DNA of 64,000 nt, taken from the NCBI GenBank assembly GCA_934120395.1, contig CAKOTZ010000002.1, positions 33,645 through 97,644 on the forward strand, in the 5' to 3' direction. The stretch comes from an uncultured Clostridia bacterium (lineage in GTDB: Bacteria; Bacillota; Clostridia; TANB77; CAG-508). The position numbers and the translations under genes were made by a program. How positions within the stretch are numbered: position 1 is the stretch's first letter; the number at the start of each line of letters is the position of its first letter. This document shows, piece by piece, positions 41,236-51,649 of this stretch. The notes under the pieces were generated by a model. That model searched no databases, had not been told where the DNA came from, and worked only from the letters and a program-made list of their open reading frames with translations.

Positions 41236-42296
41236 TAGTTACCTCTACTAAAAATTTTTCTTTTAAAAGCTCTTAAACTTCTAAATGTCTTTTCAGAAAT
41301 TTTATAAACTTTATATATAACTGGCTTAAACGGTAAATATACTTCTCCAATAAACTCTGTAAATTCAGCACCAAATCCTTTTTTAAATCTATATAAACCA
41401 TATTGAGGATGATTTTCGTCTACAACTCCAGATACTCCTCTAAAATCATACATATCGCACTCATTTTGTATAGCCTCTTGAATTGCATGCCATTGTAACA
41501 AATAATTTGGCATTAAATTTCTATGTTCATTACTACTTGCTCCATACAAATACCAGGTTTTATTTCCATATCTAATAGGTATTATTCCTGCAATCGGCTT
41601 ATTTTCATAATAAGCCATTAGTACCTTCATGTGTTCTGGTGCTAATTCATCATACATTTTTTCAAAATATGACAAGCTACGAATAATAAATCCATCTCTT
41701 TGTCCAGTAGTAACCATTATACGATGAAAATCTGCTAAATCTTCCTTATTTCCTTCCTTAATAGTTACACCCTTTTTAGTTGCCAACCTTATATTATATC
41801 TTGTCTTTTGATGACAATTCTTTAATATTTCTTCTTCTGTTTTTCCTTTTAGGTTTAGTCTAAAAACATATCTAGGCTGTATTTCCTCCCTAAAATTTTT
41901 AGCATCATCTTTGATTTTATAGCCTATTGATGTAATAATTTTTCTAAATTCCTCATCGTCACTTTTTATGTCTGGTTCTATCGAAAATACAAATGCCTTA
42001 TACTTTTTTGCTAATTCCTTAGCGCCTTCTGTTAATTGTACCAAAGTAGCTTTATCGTGAACATCACACACAGGTCCTCTTGAAGAATACATTAAGTACC
42101 CAAAAATAGGAATTTTCCTAATTAAAATGCTAATAGAACCAATTATGTTTCCCTGTTCATCTTCTGCTAAGATAACCTCATTTTTCCAATTTGACTTGAC
42201 TTTACCCCATTCCAAAGATTGCTGAAAATTACATCTTTCATGTTTCTTTAGAAAATCTGTATATGCCTGTTTATCTTTTTCTTCTAATAACCTCAT
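41235..42296 (-). CDS. FemAB-family peptidoglycan interpeptide-bridge aminoacyltransferase
   Basis: [34 protein letters not shown]... Typical FemAB/MurM-family N-terminus, ~350 aa. Confidence 0.75.
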   Translation of the reverse strand: MRLLEEKDKQAYTDFLKKHERCNFQQSLEWGKVKSNWKNEVILAEDEQGNIIGSISILIRKIPIFGYLMYSSRGPVCDVHDKATLVQLTEGAKELAKKYKAFVFSIEPDIKSDDEEFRKIITSIGYKIKDDAKNFREEIQPRYVFRLNLKGKTEEEILKNCHQKTRYNIRLATKKGVTIKEGNKEDLADFHRIMVTTGQRDGFIIRSLSYFEKMYDELAPEHMKVLMAYYENKPIAGIIPIRYGNKTWYLYGASSNEHRNLMPNYLLQWHAIQEAIQNECDMYDFRGVSGVVDENHPQYGLYRFKKGFGAEFTEFIGEVYLPFKPVIYKVYKISEKTFRSLRAFKRKIFSRGN

Positions 42297-42365
42297 TTTC
42301 TCCTCCGTAAGTATTATATACCTATTTTTTTATTTTACACCATATCTATTAGTATTGCAAGAATT

Positions 42366-43760
42366 CTATTGTCTTATTTTTTGTAATTCAATACCATCTT
42401 TTGTATCTTTTACTTGATATCCAAGTTCTTGTATTCTATCTCTTAATTCGTCTGATTTAGCCCAATCCTTATTAGTTCTTGCTTGTTTTCTTTGTTCTAA
42501 AAGTTTTAATACTTCTTCTGGAATTTCTTCTTTTGCTTTGCTTATTGGCTCTTCAATTTTTAATCCTAAAACTCTATCAAAATCTTTTAAAAGCTCTGCT
42601 AATTGTTTGCTTTTATTTGGATTTTTAGCTACGTCCCATACAACACTCATTGCCAGTGGCATATTTAGATCATCATTAATTGCTTCCAAAAATTTATTTT
42701 TATATTTTTCAATTTCATTTTCTGAAATGAAATCCGTTCCCTGTAAATGCTTTTGATAAGCTTCTTTTAATTTTGCTAATGCCTTACTTGAAGATTCTAT
42801 ACCTTCCCAAGTAAAATTTAATTTATTACGATAATGTGAAGTATAGCAAAATAATTTATATGCTAATGGGTCATATCCCTTGTTTATAATGTCTTCTACT
42901 AGGTATACATTTCCTAAGCTTTTTGACATTTTCCCACCATTAATTAACAAAAACTCTCCATGCATCCAAAATTTTGCTGGAATTTTACCTGTACACCCTT
43001 TACTTTGAGCTATTTCATTTTCGTGATGTGTTGGAACAAGGTCAATTGCACCTGTATGAATATCAAATTGTTCTCCCAAATATTTTTTTCCCATTGCAGA
43101 ACACTCAATATGCCAACCTGGATAACTTGGTCCCCACGGACTATCCCACTTCATCAAATGATTTTCGGGAGCTTTTATCCATAAAGCAAAATCATAAGGG
43201 TTTCTTTTCTCTTCATCAACTTCAACTCTTGCACCTGCCATTTGATTTCTTAAATCAATTCCTGATAATATTCCATATTTGTCTAGCTTTGAAACATCAA
43301 AATATATTGCTGTAGATGTTTCATATGCATAACCATTTTCCATTAATTTTTCGACAAATTCAAGCATTTCTTGTATGTGTTCCGTTGCTTTACAAATAAT
43401 TTCAGGTCTATCAATATTTAATCTATCAAAATCTTTTAAAAATCTCTTTGTATAAAATTCTGATATTTCCAATGGTGTTTTGCCTTCTTCTCTTGCAGAT
43501 TTTAGCATTTTATCTTCTCCCTCGTCACCATCTGAAACTAAATGTCCAACATCAGTAATATTCATAGCATGTTTTAATTTATAGCCATTATATTTTAAAA
43601 CTCTTCTCAAATTATCCATAAATATAAATGTTCTCATATTTCCAATTGTTGCATCTTTATATACCGTCGGACCGCAAGAGTATATTCTAACAGTATTTCC
43701 ATCTAGAGGTTTAAAAACTTCTTTTTGCTTTGTTAAGGTATTATAAAATTTTATTTCCAT
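42366..43760 (-). CDS. cysS: Cysteine--tRNA ligase
   Basis: CGPTVY...KMSKSLGN plus Zn-binding Cys residues. RBS GAAAGGAAG before MEIKFYNTLT. Confidence 0.92.
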   Translation of the reverse strand: MEIKFYNTLTKQKEVFKPLDGNTVRIYSCGPTVYKDATIGNMRTFIFMDNLRRVLKYNGYKLKHAMNITDVGHLVSDGDEGEDKMLKSAREEGKTPLEISEFYTKRFLKDFDRLNIDRPEIICKATEHIQEMLEFVEKLMENGYAYETSTAIYFDVSKLDKYGILSGIDLRNQMAGARVEVDEEKRNPYDFALWIKAPENHLMKWDSPWGPSYPGWHIECSAMGKKYLGEQFDIHTGAIDLVPTHHENEIAQSKGCTGKIPAKFWMHGEFLLINGGKMSKSLGNVYLVEDIINKGYDPLAYKLFCYTSHYRNKLNFTWEGIESSSKALAKLKEAYQKHLQGTDFISENEIEKYKNKFLEAINDDLNMPLAMSVVWDVAKNPNKSKQLAELLKDFDRVLGLKIEEPISKAKEEIPEEVLKLLEQRKQARTNKDWAKSDELRDRIQELGYQVKDTKDGIELQKIRQ

Positions 43761-43829
43761 TTCTATAATCTTCCTTTCTTTTTCGTACATTTAAAATCAA
43801 AGGCAGTGTTGTTGTCTGCCTTTTTACAT

Positions 43830-46400
43830 TTATTCTTCTTCATCAACTGTATTCGTTGTATTTGCTGTATTTGTCGTATTCGTTGTGTTTGTATTTTCTA
43901 CTGTATTTGTTGTATTTGTTGTGTTTGTCGTATTTGTTTTATTTGTATTTGAGTTTGGCTTATCATCTTTTTTCTCATCTTTTGGCTCATCCTTTGGTTT
44001 ATCTTCTTTTGGTTGTTCTTCCGATTTTTTGTGTTCTGTACATACATCAGTTGGAGCATTAAATTTATCTCCATAATTAGTATTCCACTTTGGATTACGT
44101 TCTTTTTCTGGTTTAGCAGTATAATATCTATCTTCCTTATTTGGGCAATATTCATTAGCTAATTTTCCAGTATCTACACAAATACTTAATGTTAAATGTC
44201 CTTCACATTGTTTTGTAGGTTGCGTACCCTTAATGAATACTTCTGAATACGTTCTAGAACAACTGTCTGTTGCTAAGTCACCTGAGTCTTTACAAATTGT
44301 AGCGCTTACAATATTACTTGGTTTGTCAAACCTTTTCTTTTCTAAGTTTTTATGAATGTCCTTCATTATATTAGACCATATTTGTCCTGCTGGATTTCTA
44401 CCAGGCCATATAATTTCTTCTGGTTGGTCATAACCAAACCATGTTGCAGCTGAATAATATGGTGAAAATCCACAAAGCCATCTATCCTTGCTTCCATTAG
44501 TTGTACCAGTTTTAGCACCTACATCCATTCCAGAAATAGCACAATATGTTGCTGTTCCAGACAAAACAGGCTGTGTTAAAATACTCTTTGTAACATAAGC
44601 TGCTTCTTCTGAAATTACTCTTCTTTTTTCTTGTGTTGGCTCAAGCACAACATTTCCATCTGCATCAGTTACACTAGTATAGAAAATTGGTGTAATATAT
44701 TCTCCTCCATTTGCAATACAGCCGTATGCTGCAGCCATTTCCAATGGACTTATACCATCTGATAGTCCTCCTATTGCAACTGGTAAAGATTCATCATCCT
44801 TTTTTGAGTTTTCTCCATGCTTATATAAAGTAGTTACTCCCATCTTTCTCATATAGTCTATAGACTTTCCTGGTGTTAATTCAGTCATAATTTTTAATGG
44901 TATCATGTTTTGTGATTTAGCAATCGCATCTCTTACAGTTATTAAACCAAGGTATTTATTACCATCATTTTTTGGCTCATATGAACCAAATGTAGTTTTT
45001 GAATCATCATAAACAGTTCCAGCTGTTATAATTTTTTCTTCAATTGCAGGTGCAATAGTTGATATTGGTTTCGTTGCAGAACCCGGTTGTCTTACAGTTT
45101 GAGTTGCTCTATTCAAATCTCCTGAATTTGTTTTTTCTCCTAATCCTCCAACAGTACCAACAACCTTACCTGTTGAATATTCAATAATTGCCATACCTGA
45201 TTGTGTTGTTTGATATTCATTTGTCTCATTTCCTTCTGCATCTTTTAATTTTATTTTCTTAGATTTTTTTATATAAGTACTTTTTGCAAATTCTTCTTCC
45301 ATTCTACTTTGAACTGAAGTATCCTGAGTTGTATGTATTGTGTATCCACCACTTTGTAATTTCATTTTAGCAAAGCTCTTATCCCAGCCATTCTTTTCTG
45401 CTAAATCTTTTACAACTTGGTCTATAGCAGCTTCAGTATGATAAGAATATGAATTTTGAATTGTTTGACCTTTTTGGAATTGCAATCCCTCGTCTACTTT
45501 TGCACTTGCTGTTTCTTTTTCTTCTTGTGTAATTTTTCCTAGTTCGTACATTTTATTAAGAACAACTTTTGTTTTTTTCTTAATATTCTCCATTATTTTA
45601 TCATGGTTCTTCTCTTGGAATGGATTATATGAGTTAGGTGAACTATTTATTCCTGCTAAAAATGCACACTCTTCTAAGCTTAAATCTCCTATATCTTTAT
45701 CAAAATAATATCTAGCACCCATTTGCACGCCATGATTTGATGGTCCTCCTACAAATAGAATATTTAAATAAAGTTCTAAAATTTGATCTTTTGAAATTAA
45801 CTTTTCAATTTGATACGCTTTAGACATTTCTTTTACTTTTCTTATTATACCTGCTATTCCACTATCATCTTTATCTTGAGTTATATTTTTAACTAACTGT
45901 TGTGTAATCGTACTTCCACCAAATGAAGATTCTCCATGATGGAATATGTAATTTACTGCAGCTCTTCCTGTTCTAAAAATATCTACACCATGGTGTTCAT
46001 AAAATCTTTCATCCTCAATTGATACATATGCCATTGGTAAATATTTAGGCATATCAGATAAAGTTACTATTTGCCTTCTTTCATCTCCAGCCAAAGAACC
46101 TATAACGTTTCCATCTTTATCTAATATATTTGAATTTGAATTGTTTATTACCAAGTCCTTTTTACTGATTAAAAATTCATCTCCAAAAAGCCCATAAAAT
46201 ATACCAGCAATAATTCCTCCACCTATTAAAGCAATTACAACTAATGCAATTAATATTATTTTTATTGCTAATTTTAATTTAGGGTGTTTCTTTTTAGTTT
46301 TCTTCTTTCCCTTATATACTATTGTATCGTCCATTTCTTTTGATTTTTGTGTTTTCTTGTTGCCATTTTTATTTTTTTCTTGATTTTTTCCCATTTGCAA
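43830..46400 (-). CDS. Bifunctional class A penicillin-binding protein (PBP1A: transglycosylase + transpeptidase) with C-terminal NTT repeat tail
   Basis: GT51 motifs (EDERFYEHHGVD, RQPGSATKP) plus a transpeptidase domain. C-terminus NTTNTTNTTNT... Confidence 0.9.
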   Translation of the reverse strand: MQMGKNQEKNKNGNKKTQKSKEMDDTIVYKGKKKTKKKHPKLKLAIKIILIALVVIALIGGGIIAGIFYGLFGDEFLISKKDLVINNSNSNILDKDGNVIGSLAGDERRQIVTLSDMPKYLPMAYVSIEDERFYEHHGVDIFRTGRAAVNYIFHHGESSFGGSTITQQLVKNITQDKDDSGIAGIIRKVKEMSKAYQIEKLISKDQILELYLNILFVGGPSNHGVQMGARYYFDKDIGDLSLEECAFLAGINSSPNSYNPFQEKNHDKIMENIKKKTKVVLNKMYELGKITQEEKETASAKVDEGLQFQKGQTIQNSYSYHTEAAIDQVVKDLAEKNGWDKSFAKMKLQSGGYTIHTTQDTSVQSRMEEEFAKSTYIKKSKKIKLKDAEGNETNEYQTTQSGMAIIEYSTGKVVGTVGGLGEKTNSGDLNRATQTVRQPGSATKPISTIAPAIEEKIITAGTVYDDSKTTFGSYEPKNDGNKYLGLITVRDAIAKSQNMIPLKIMTELTPGKSIDYMRKMGVTTLYKHGENSKKDDESLPVAIGGLSDGISPLEMAAAYGCIANGGEYITPIFYTSVTDADGNVVLEPTQEKRRVISEEAAYVTKSILTQPVLSGTATYCAISGMDVGAKTGTTNGSKDRWLCGFSPYYSAATWFGYDQPEEIIWPGRNPAGQIWSNIMKDIHKNLEKKRFDKPSNIVSATICKDSGDLATDSCSRTYSEVFIKGTQPTKQCEGHLTLSICVDTGKLANEYCPNKEDRYYTAKPEKERNPKWNTNYGDKFNAPTDVCTEHKKSEEQPKEDKPKDEPKDEKKDDKPNSNTNKTNTTNTTNTTNTVENTNTTNTTNTANTTNTVDEEE
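43858..43960. repeat. Tandem 9-nt repeat (tgtatttgt-like units) encoding the Asn-Thr-Thr tail of PBP1A
   Basis: Directly visible periodicity: gtattcgttgtatttgctgtatttgtcgtattcgttgtgtttg... Confidence 0.7.
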
Positions 46401-46526
46401 CCTCCCTGCAAATCTTATTTATAAATTTTCGTTATACATTATATTACATATTACTAAATTTTGAAAGTATTTCTTGTTATTTTTTACTAAAGCTCCTCAA
46501 TTATATCATTAACATCAGTTACAATT

Positions 46527-47405
46527 TTAGCACCTTGTTTTAATAATTCGTTTGTTCCAATCGAATTTGCCTGCATTATATTGCCGTGGAACTGCAAACA
46601 CTTCTTTGCCTTGCTCTAAAGCATAATCAACCGTAATTAAACTTCCGCTTCTCTTTTTTGCTTCTACCAATACTATTCCATTTGCCAAACCACTAATAAT
46701 ACGATTTCTTCTTGGGAAATTTTTAGCAAGTGGCTTAGTTCCAACTATATATTCACTAATAACAGCTCCATTATTTTCAACTATTTGCTCAAAAATAGCT
46801 TTATTTTCAGGCGGATAAATATTGTCAATTCCAGAACCCAAAACAGCAATTGTTTTTCCTCCCGCTCTTAAGCAACCAATATGTGACCAGGTATCAATGC
46901 CTCTTGCAAGTCCACTAATAACGACAATATCTTTTTTTGCTAGTTCATATGCTAAATCTTGTGCTACTGTTTTTCCATAATTAGAACATAATCTACATCC
47001 AACCATTCCAACTGAAACTCTATTTAAAATATCTTTATTGCCCTTGCAATATATTACAAGAGGCCAATTAGGAATATTTTTTAACTTTTCTGGATATGAC
47101 TGGTCTTGGTAACTTATAATATTTATGTTTTCTTTTTTAATATAAAAAATATAGTTTTCTAGATTTTGTCTATAAATTATATTTTGCACCTGTGATGCTT
47201 CAAAAAAACTAAGCCCATGTCTAATTAAATCATATTTACTTAAATTCCATATCTTTTCAGGACTTTTATAAAATTCTAATAATTTCTTTAAACTATTTAA
47301 ACTTACAGTATCAATTAATCTAGATAACCAAATCCAATATTTATTTTGCATTTTGTTCCTTTCAAAATGCCCCCATTGTATTTTATACAAACTCTTCCCA
47401 AACAA
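46527..47405 (-). CDS. dprA: DNA processing protein DprA
   Basis: GLARGIDTWSHIGCLRAGGKTIAVLGSGIDNIYPPEN. Confidence 0.88.
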   Translation of the reverse strand: MFGKSLYKIQWGHFERNKMQNKYWIWLSRLIDTVSLNSLKKLLEFYKSPEKIWNLSKYDLIRHGLSFFEASQVQNIIYRQNLENYIFYIKKENINIISYQDQSYPEKLKNIPNWPLVIYCKGNKDILNRVSVGMVGCRLCSNYGKTVAQDLAYELAKKDIVVISGLARGIDTWSHIGCLRAGGKTIAVLGSGIDNIYPPENKAIFEQIVENNGAVISEYIVGTKPLAKNFPRRNRIISGLANGIVLVEAKKRSGSLITVDYALEQGKEVFAVPRQYNAGKFDWNKRIIKTRC

Positions 47406-48549
47406 TATTTGCTAAATCTAAACCTTTTTGGCTTAAACAAATTCTATCATTATCAGCTATAATTAATTCCTCTTTTATTAGTTTTTCAATTGTTTCCTTA
47501 AATACTTCAAACATATTAACATTAAATTTTTCAAAAAATTCTTTTGCCGACACTCCATCAAGCTTTCTTAATCCTAGCAAAATATATTCTTGCATTTGAG
47601 TGTATATATTCTGTTTCTCATGAAAAACTATATTATCTTCTTGTTTATCCTTTTTAAAATTATCTATATACTCTTCTATATCTTCAATATTTGAATATCT
47701 TAAGCCATCTGTATATGAATGTGCAGCACTACCAATTCCAATATATTCTTTTTGTTTCCAACAATTTACATTATGTACAGAATAGTAGTTTGGCATTGCA
47801 AAATTAGAAATTTCATAATGATTATATCCTTGCTGTTCTAACCCATTTTTAACTCTCCAATACATTTGTCGTTCTATATCTTCTGTTGGTAAAATTAATT
47901 TACCTGTTTCTATTTCTTCTTTTATTTTAGTTTTATCTTCCACTATTAAGGAATACACAGAAACATGAGTAGGCTTTTTTTCTTTTATAAAATCAAGCAT
48001 ATCGTCTATATCTTTCATATTTTGATTTGGCAATCCAATCATAAAATCAATATTTATGTTTTGAAATCCCGCTTCTTTGGCTAGGTCATATGTATTTAAA
48101 ATTTCATTTTTGTTATGAATTCTGCCTAATATTTCTAAAAGCTTATCGTTTACAGATTGTGCCCCAATACTACAACGATTTATTCCACATTCTCTATATG
48201 TTTTTAATTTGTCTATATTTACTGTTCCAGGATTTACTTCAATTGTAATTTCAGCATTTTTTATTATGTTAAAATTTTCTTTTGTTATATTTAAAATTTC
48301 GGATATGTATTTAGCATCAATATATGAAGGAGTTCCTCCACCTATGTAAATAGTATCAATTTGAGTCTCTTCACACAATTTTTCTTTAACCTGACTTTTA
48401 ATTCCCTCTCCTACTTCTTTTAGTTCCTGTTTCACGCAATTAATATACTCCAGTATTAATTCATTTTTTTCTTCAAAAGAACAAAAGTCGCAATATTTAC
48501 ACTTTTTCTTACAAAACGGGATATGTATATATATTCCTACTTGCCTCAT
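47383..48549 (-). CDS. hemW: Radical SAM heme chaperone HemW (coproporphyrinogen-III-oxidase-like)
   Basis: YIHIPFCKKKCKYCDF: CxxxCxxC plus HemN-like C-terminus. Confidence 0.85.
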   Translation of the reverse strand: MRQVGIYIHIPFCKKKCKYCDFCSFEEKNELILEYINCVKQELKEVGEGIKSQVKEKLCEETQIDTIYIGGGTPSYIDAKYISEILNITKENFNIIKNAEITIEVNPGTVNIDKLKTYRECGINRCSIGAQSVNDKLLEILGRIHNKNEILNTYDLAKEAGFQNINIDFMIGLPNQNMKDIDDMLDFIKEKKPTHVSVYSLIVEDKTKIKEEIETGKLILPTEDIERQMYWRVKNGLEQQGYNHYEISNFAMPNYYSVHNVNCWKQKEYIGIGSAAHSYTDGLRYSNIEDIEEYIDNFKKDKQEDNIVFHEKQNIYTQMQEYILLGLRKLDGVSAKEFFEKFNVNMFEVFKETIEKLIKEELIIADNDRICLSQKGLDLANIVWEEFV

Positions 48550-49406
48550 GCTCTATCTTCCTTTCTTAGTTCTTCCGCTATTTCTCTTATCTTCTTTAAT
48601 CTGTGGTTTACCCCCGATTTTCCAATTGGCTTCTCCAATAATTTTCCCATTTGCTCTAAACTCATATCTGGATTTTCCATGCGTATCCTTGCAATTTCCT
48701 GCAAATTATTTGGAAGTTCATCAAAATGTTTATTTTTTATTAGATATTTAATATCATCTATTTGTAAAACAGAAACATTAATTATTTTATTTAGATTAGC
48801 CGTTTCACAATTTACGATTCGATTAACTTTATTTTTCATTTCCCTCATAACTCTAACTTCCTCAAAATTTAGTACTGCTTTATTTGCGCCTATTAAAGCT
48901 AAAAAATTGGAAATAGCTTCTCCATCTTTTAAATATACTACATAATTTTTTTTCCTTTTTAATAATTTAGAATATATGTTAAATTGTTCTGTTATATAAA
49001 TTATAAATTTTGCATTCTCTTTACTACTTAAAAAAATTTCTAAGTGATATTTACTGTTTGGGTTATTAATTGTTCCCGTTGCCATAAACGCTCCACGCAA
49101 TACAGCCTTTAATATATCTATTTCTTCTATGTTAATATTAGTTAAGTCTATTTTTTCATCATTATGATACTGTGTTTGAAATATTTTTCCTTTTCTAATA
49201 GTCTCAAATGAAATACCTAAATTTTTTAAAATTTTTTGATATCTTTTTAAGTTACTATCATTTTCAGTAACATAACTTATAATATTTCCATCTATTATGG
49301 TATTGCTAGACATATAATAACCATTTAATTCTGCTTTTAGCTGTTCTGTTTGATTCCAATTATTAAAAGCACTCAATTCTTCCTTTATTTCTGCTGAAAA
49401 AGACAT
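48546..49406 (-). CDS. whiA: Sporulation/cell-division regulator WhiA
   Basis: MSFSAEIKEELSAF...; LAGLIDGDG-like repeats plus a C-terminal HTH. Confidence 0.8.
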   Translation of the reverse strand: MSFSAEIKEELSAFNNWNQTEQLKAELNGYYMSSNTIIDGNIISYVTENDSNLKRYQKILKNLGISFETIRKGKIFQTQYHNDEKIDLTNINIEEIDILKAVLRGAFMATGTINNPNSKYHLEIFLSSKENAKFIIYITEQFNIYSKLLKRKKNYVVYLKDGEAISNFLALIGANKAVLNFEEVRVMREMKNKVNRIVNCETANLNKIINVSVLQIDDIKYLIKNKHFDELPNNLQEIARIRMENPDMSLEQMGKLLEKPIGKSGVNHRLKKIREIAEELRKEDRA

Positions 49407-49414
49407 CTATACAC

Positions 49415-50245
49415 CTACTTTTTTCCTACTACAATTCTATTATTACCGCCATAGTCTTTCTTTGAATAAATATTTACATATCCCTCTTTATTTAAAATCT
49501 CAGTTACCGCTTCTCTTTGATTATATCCTATTTCCAAAGCTAAATACCCATCTTTATTTAAATATTCTTTAACTTCATTTGCAATTATACGATAAAAGTC
49601 TAATCCATCTTTTCCGCCATCTAATGCCATTAGTGGCTCATTTTGTACTTCTACATCTAAAGTTTTTATTACTTCTGTTTCTATATATGGTGGATTTGAT
49701 ACAACAATATCATATTTATGATTTATATTTTTAAAAAGATCTGATTCAATAAAATCAATTTTAACATTATTATTTTTTGCATTTTCCTTTGCAATTTTTA
49801 ATGCTTTAATACTTTTATCACTTGCACTAATCTTTGCATTTGGTAAATACTTTGCTAAAGAAATGGCAATAGCTCCGCTTCCTGTACACATATCCAATAT
49901 TTTAATATTCTCTGTATTTTTTGCAATTTCAATTACTTCCTCTACCAAAATTTCAGTATCCACTCTTGGTATTAAAACATTTTCATCAACATAAAAACAT
50001 AAACCCATAAAGTCTTGTTTGTGAGTAATATATTGTAACGGTATCCCATTTTGTTTTTTTATGATAGCCAATTTAAATTTTTCCTTTGTTTTATCATCAA
50101 TTTCTTCTTTATTATGAATAGCCAAATATGTAATGTTTTTATCAATTTCATTGGCTAATATTTTTTTTGCCAGCCATTGAGGATTGTCTATTTTTGCTCT
50201 TCTAAGTTCTTTTATTCCTAACTCTAATAAATCTTGTATTGTCAT
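49415..50245 (-). CDS. prmC: Release-factor glutamine methyltransferase PrmC (HemK)
   Basis: NPPY motif (VVSNPPYI). RBS GGGAG before MTIQDLL. The track ORF extends 20 codons upstream into a terminator hairpin. Confidence 0.85.
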   Translation of the reverse strand: MTIQDLLELGIKELRRAKIDNPQWLAKKILANEIDKNITYLAIHNKEEIDDKTKEKFKLAIIKKQNGIPLQYITHKQDFMGLCFYVDENVLIPRVDTEILVEEVIEIAKNTENIKILDMCTGSGAIAISLAKYLPNAKISASDKSIKALKIAKENAKNNNVKIDFIESDLFKNINHKYDIVVSNPPYIETEVIKTLDVEVQNEPLMALDGGKDGLDFYRIIANEVKEYLNKDGYLALEIGYNQREAVTEILNKEGYVNIYSKKDYGGNNRIVVGKK

Positions 50246-50310
50246 TTTCTCCCACTTTCTTCTAACATATTTTATCATTGCTTTATACAAAATGCAACAA
50301 AACACTAGTA

Positions 50311-50567
50311 AATTACTAGTGTTTTGTATTTATGATTCATAAAATAACATTTCATATAAAGCCCCGCCTTAGCCGTCTAGTAAGAATTTTTAAGGACCTG
50401 TTGTTCACAGGTGGGTGCCCTCTTAAATACTCTTGGGTTTCTTAAATAAATTCAAGCATACACGCCATATCTAAAGTTAGGCTCCCGTTTCTATCTTGTT
50501 GGTTCTAAAAATTCCATCCTGTCACGAACCATGCAGGGAAAATTAATTTCTTTACCTTTATGTTGTA
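50311..50567 (-). ncRNA. Candidate small RNA (class unknown) with its own sigma-A promoter and rho-independent terminator
   Basis: Promoter TTGAAG-N17-TAATAT at ~50575-50603 (minus strand). A GC-rich structured body at 50340-50530 has no ORF longer than 13 codons. Terminator hairpin aacactagtaa/ttactagtgtt at 50311-50337 is followed by a U-run. Confidence 0.35.
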
Positions 50568-50746
50568 TTTATATTACCATATACATTTTTATTCTTCAAG
50601 TACATTTTTTGTGATTTATATGCTACTATTTTTATTTTTATCTTATTTTCTCATTTTCTTTCTTGTTTTTTTATATAAATTATATAATTTTATTATTGGA
50701 CATTTTTAAATTTCTATGCTAAGCTATTTATATATTTTGTTTATTT

Positions 50747-51649
50747 TTATTCACTTAAATCAAATTTAGGAACATACTCTTCTTCATGTTCACCTAATTC
50801 CTGTATATACCCATTTTCCAATTGCAAATCATACATATAATCTTTAACCTCTTCATACTCTTCAATTCTTAATTTGCGATTTAAATTTTCTATTTGTTTT
50901 GCCTTATAGCATGGAAAATACTGTGCCATAATACTAATATATACATTATTATCCATATTCTCTTTTATCCATTTTAAAATTTTTTTTGAATTTTCAACTT
51001 CATTTGGCAATACCAAATGTCTTATAATCATTCCTCTCTGAATTATGCCACTCCTGTCTATTCTAGGCGCTCCTACCTGTCTATACATTTCTTTTAACGC
51101 TTTTGCTGTTATTTCTTTATATTTTGAAATTTTAGAATATTTTAATGCAAGTTCATCATCAAAATATTTGAAATCAGGTAAATATACATCTATATATCCT
51201 TCTAACATTTTTAATGTCTCAATTTTTTCATATCCGTTAGTATTATATATAATTGGCAATGTAAATCCCTTTTCTCTTGCCATTATTATTGCTTCAATTA
51301 TATGCTGTACATATGGAGTTGGACTAACTAGATTTACATTATGTGCTTTTTTTGATTGTTGTTTTAAGAATAATTCTGCCAAATGTTCAACGCTTATTGA
51401 TTTTCCTTTTCCTAATTGACTTATTTCATAATTTTGGCAATAAACACAATTCATATTACAATGTGAAAAAAATATAGTACCTGATCCATTTGTCCCACTA
51501 ATACACGGTTCCTCATAAAAATGTAAAGAAGATAAAGCAATTTCTACTTCATCCTTACATTTACAAAATCCTAATTCGTTATTTGTTCTATTTACTTTAC
51601 ATTCATGAGGACATAAGTTACAACTCTTTAACATTCCCTTCACCCTCAT
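50747..51649 (-). CDS. PflX-like radical SAM protein (COG1313)
   Basis: CNLCPHEC...CNMNCVYCQN cysteine clusters. Confidence 0.75.
   Translation of the reverse strand: MRVKGMLKSCNLCPHECKVNRTNNELGFCKCKDEVEIALSSLHFYEEPCISGTNGSGTIFFSHCNMNCVYCQNYEISQLGKGKSISVEHLAELFLKQQSKKAHNVNLVSPTPYVQHIIEAIIMAREKGFTLPIIYNTNGYEKIETLKMLEGYIDVYLPDFKYFDDELALKYSKISKYKEITAKALKEMYRQVGAPRIDRSGIIQRGMIIRHLVLPNEVENSKKILKWIKENMDNNVYISIMAQYFPCYKAKQIENLNRKLRIEEYEEVKDYMYDLQLENGYIQELGEHEEEYVPKFDLSE

Noticed and set aside
50340-50560. SRP RNA (ffs), 6S RNA, tmRNA, RNase P or T-box identity for the GC-rich region
   Set aside because: None of the invariant motifs could be found by eye: SRP domain IV GGAAG/AGCA loops, T-box AGGGUGGNACCGCG, or a tmRNA tag ORF with tRNA-like end. 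It is left as an RNA of unknown class.
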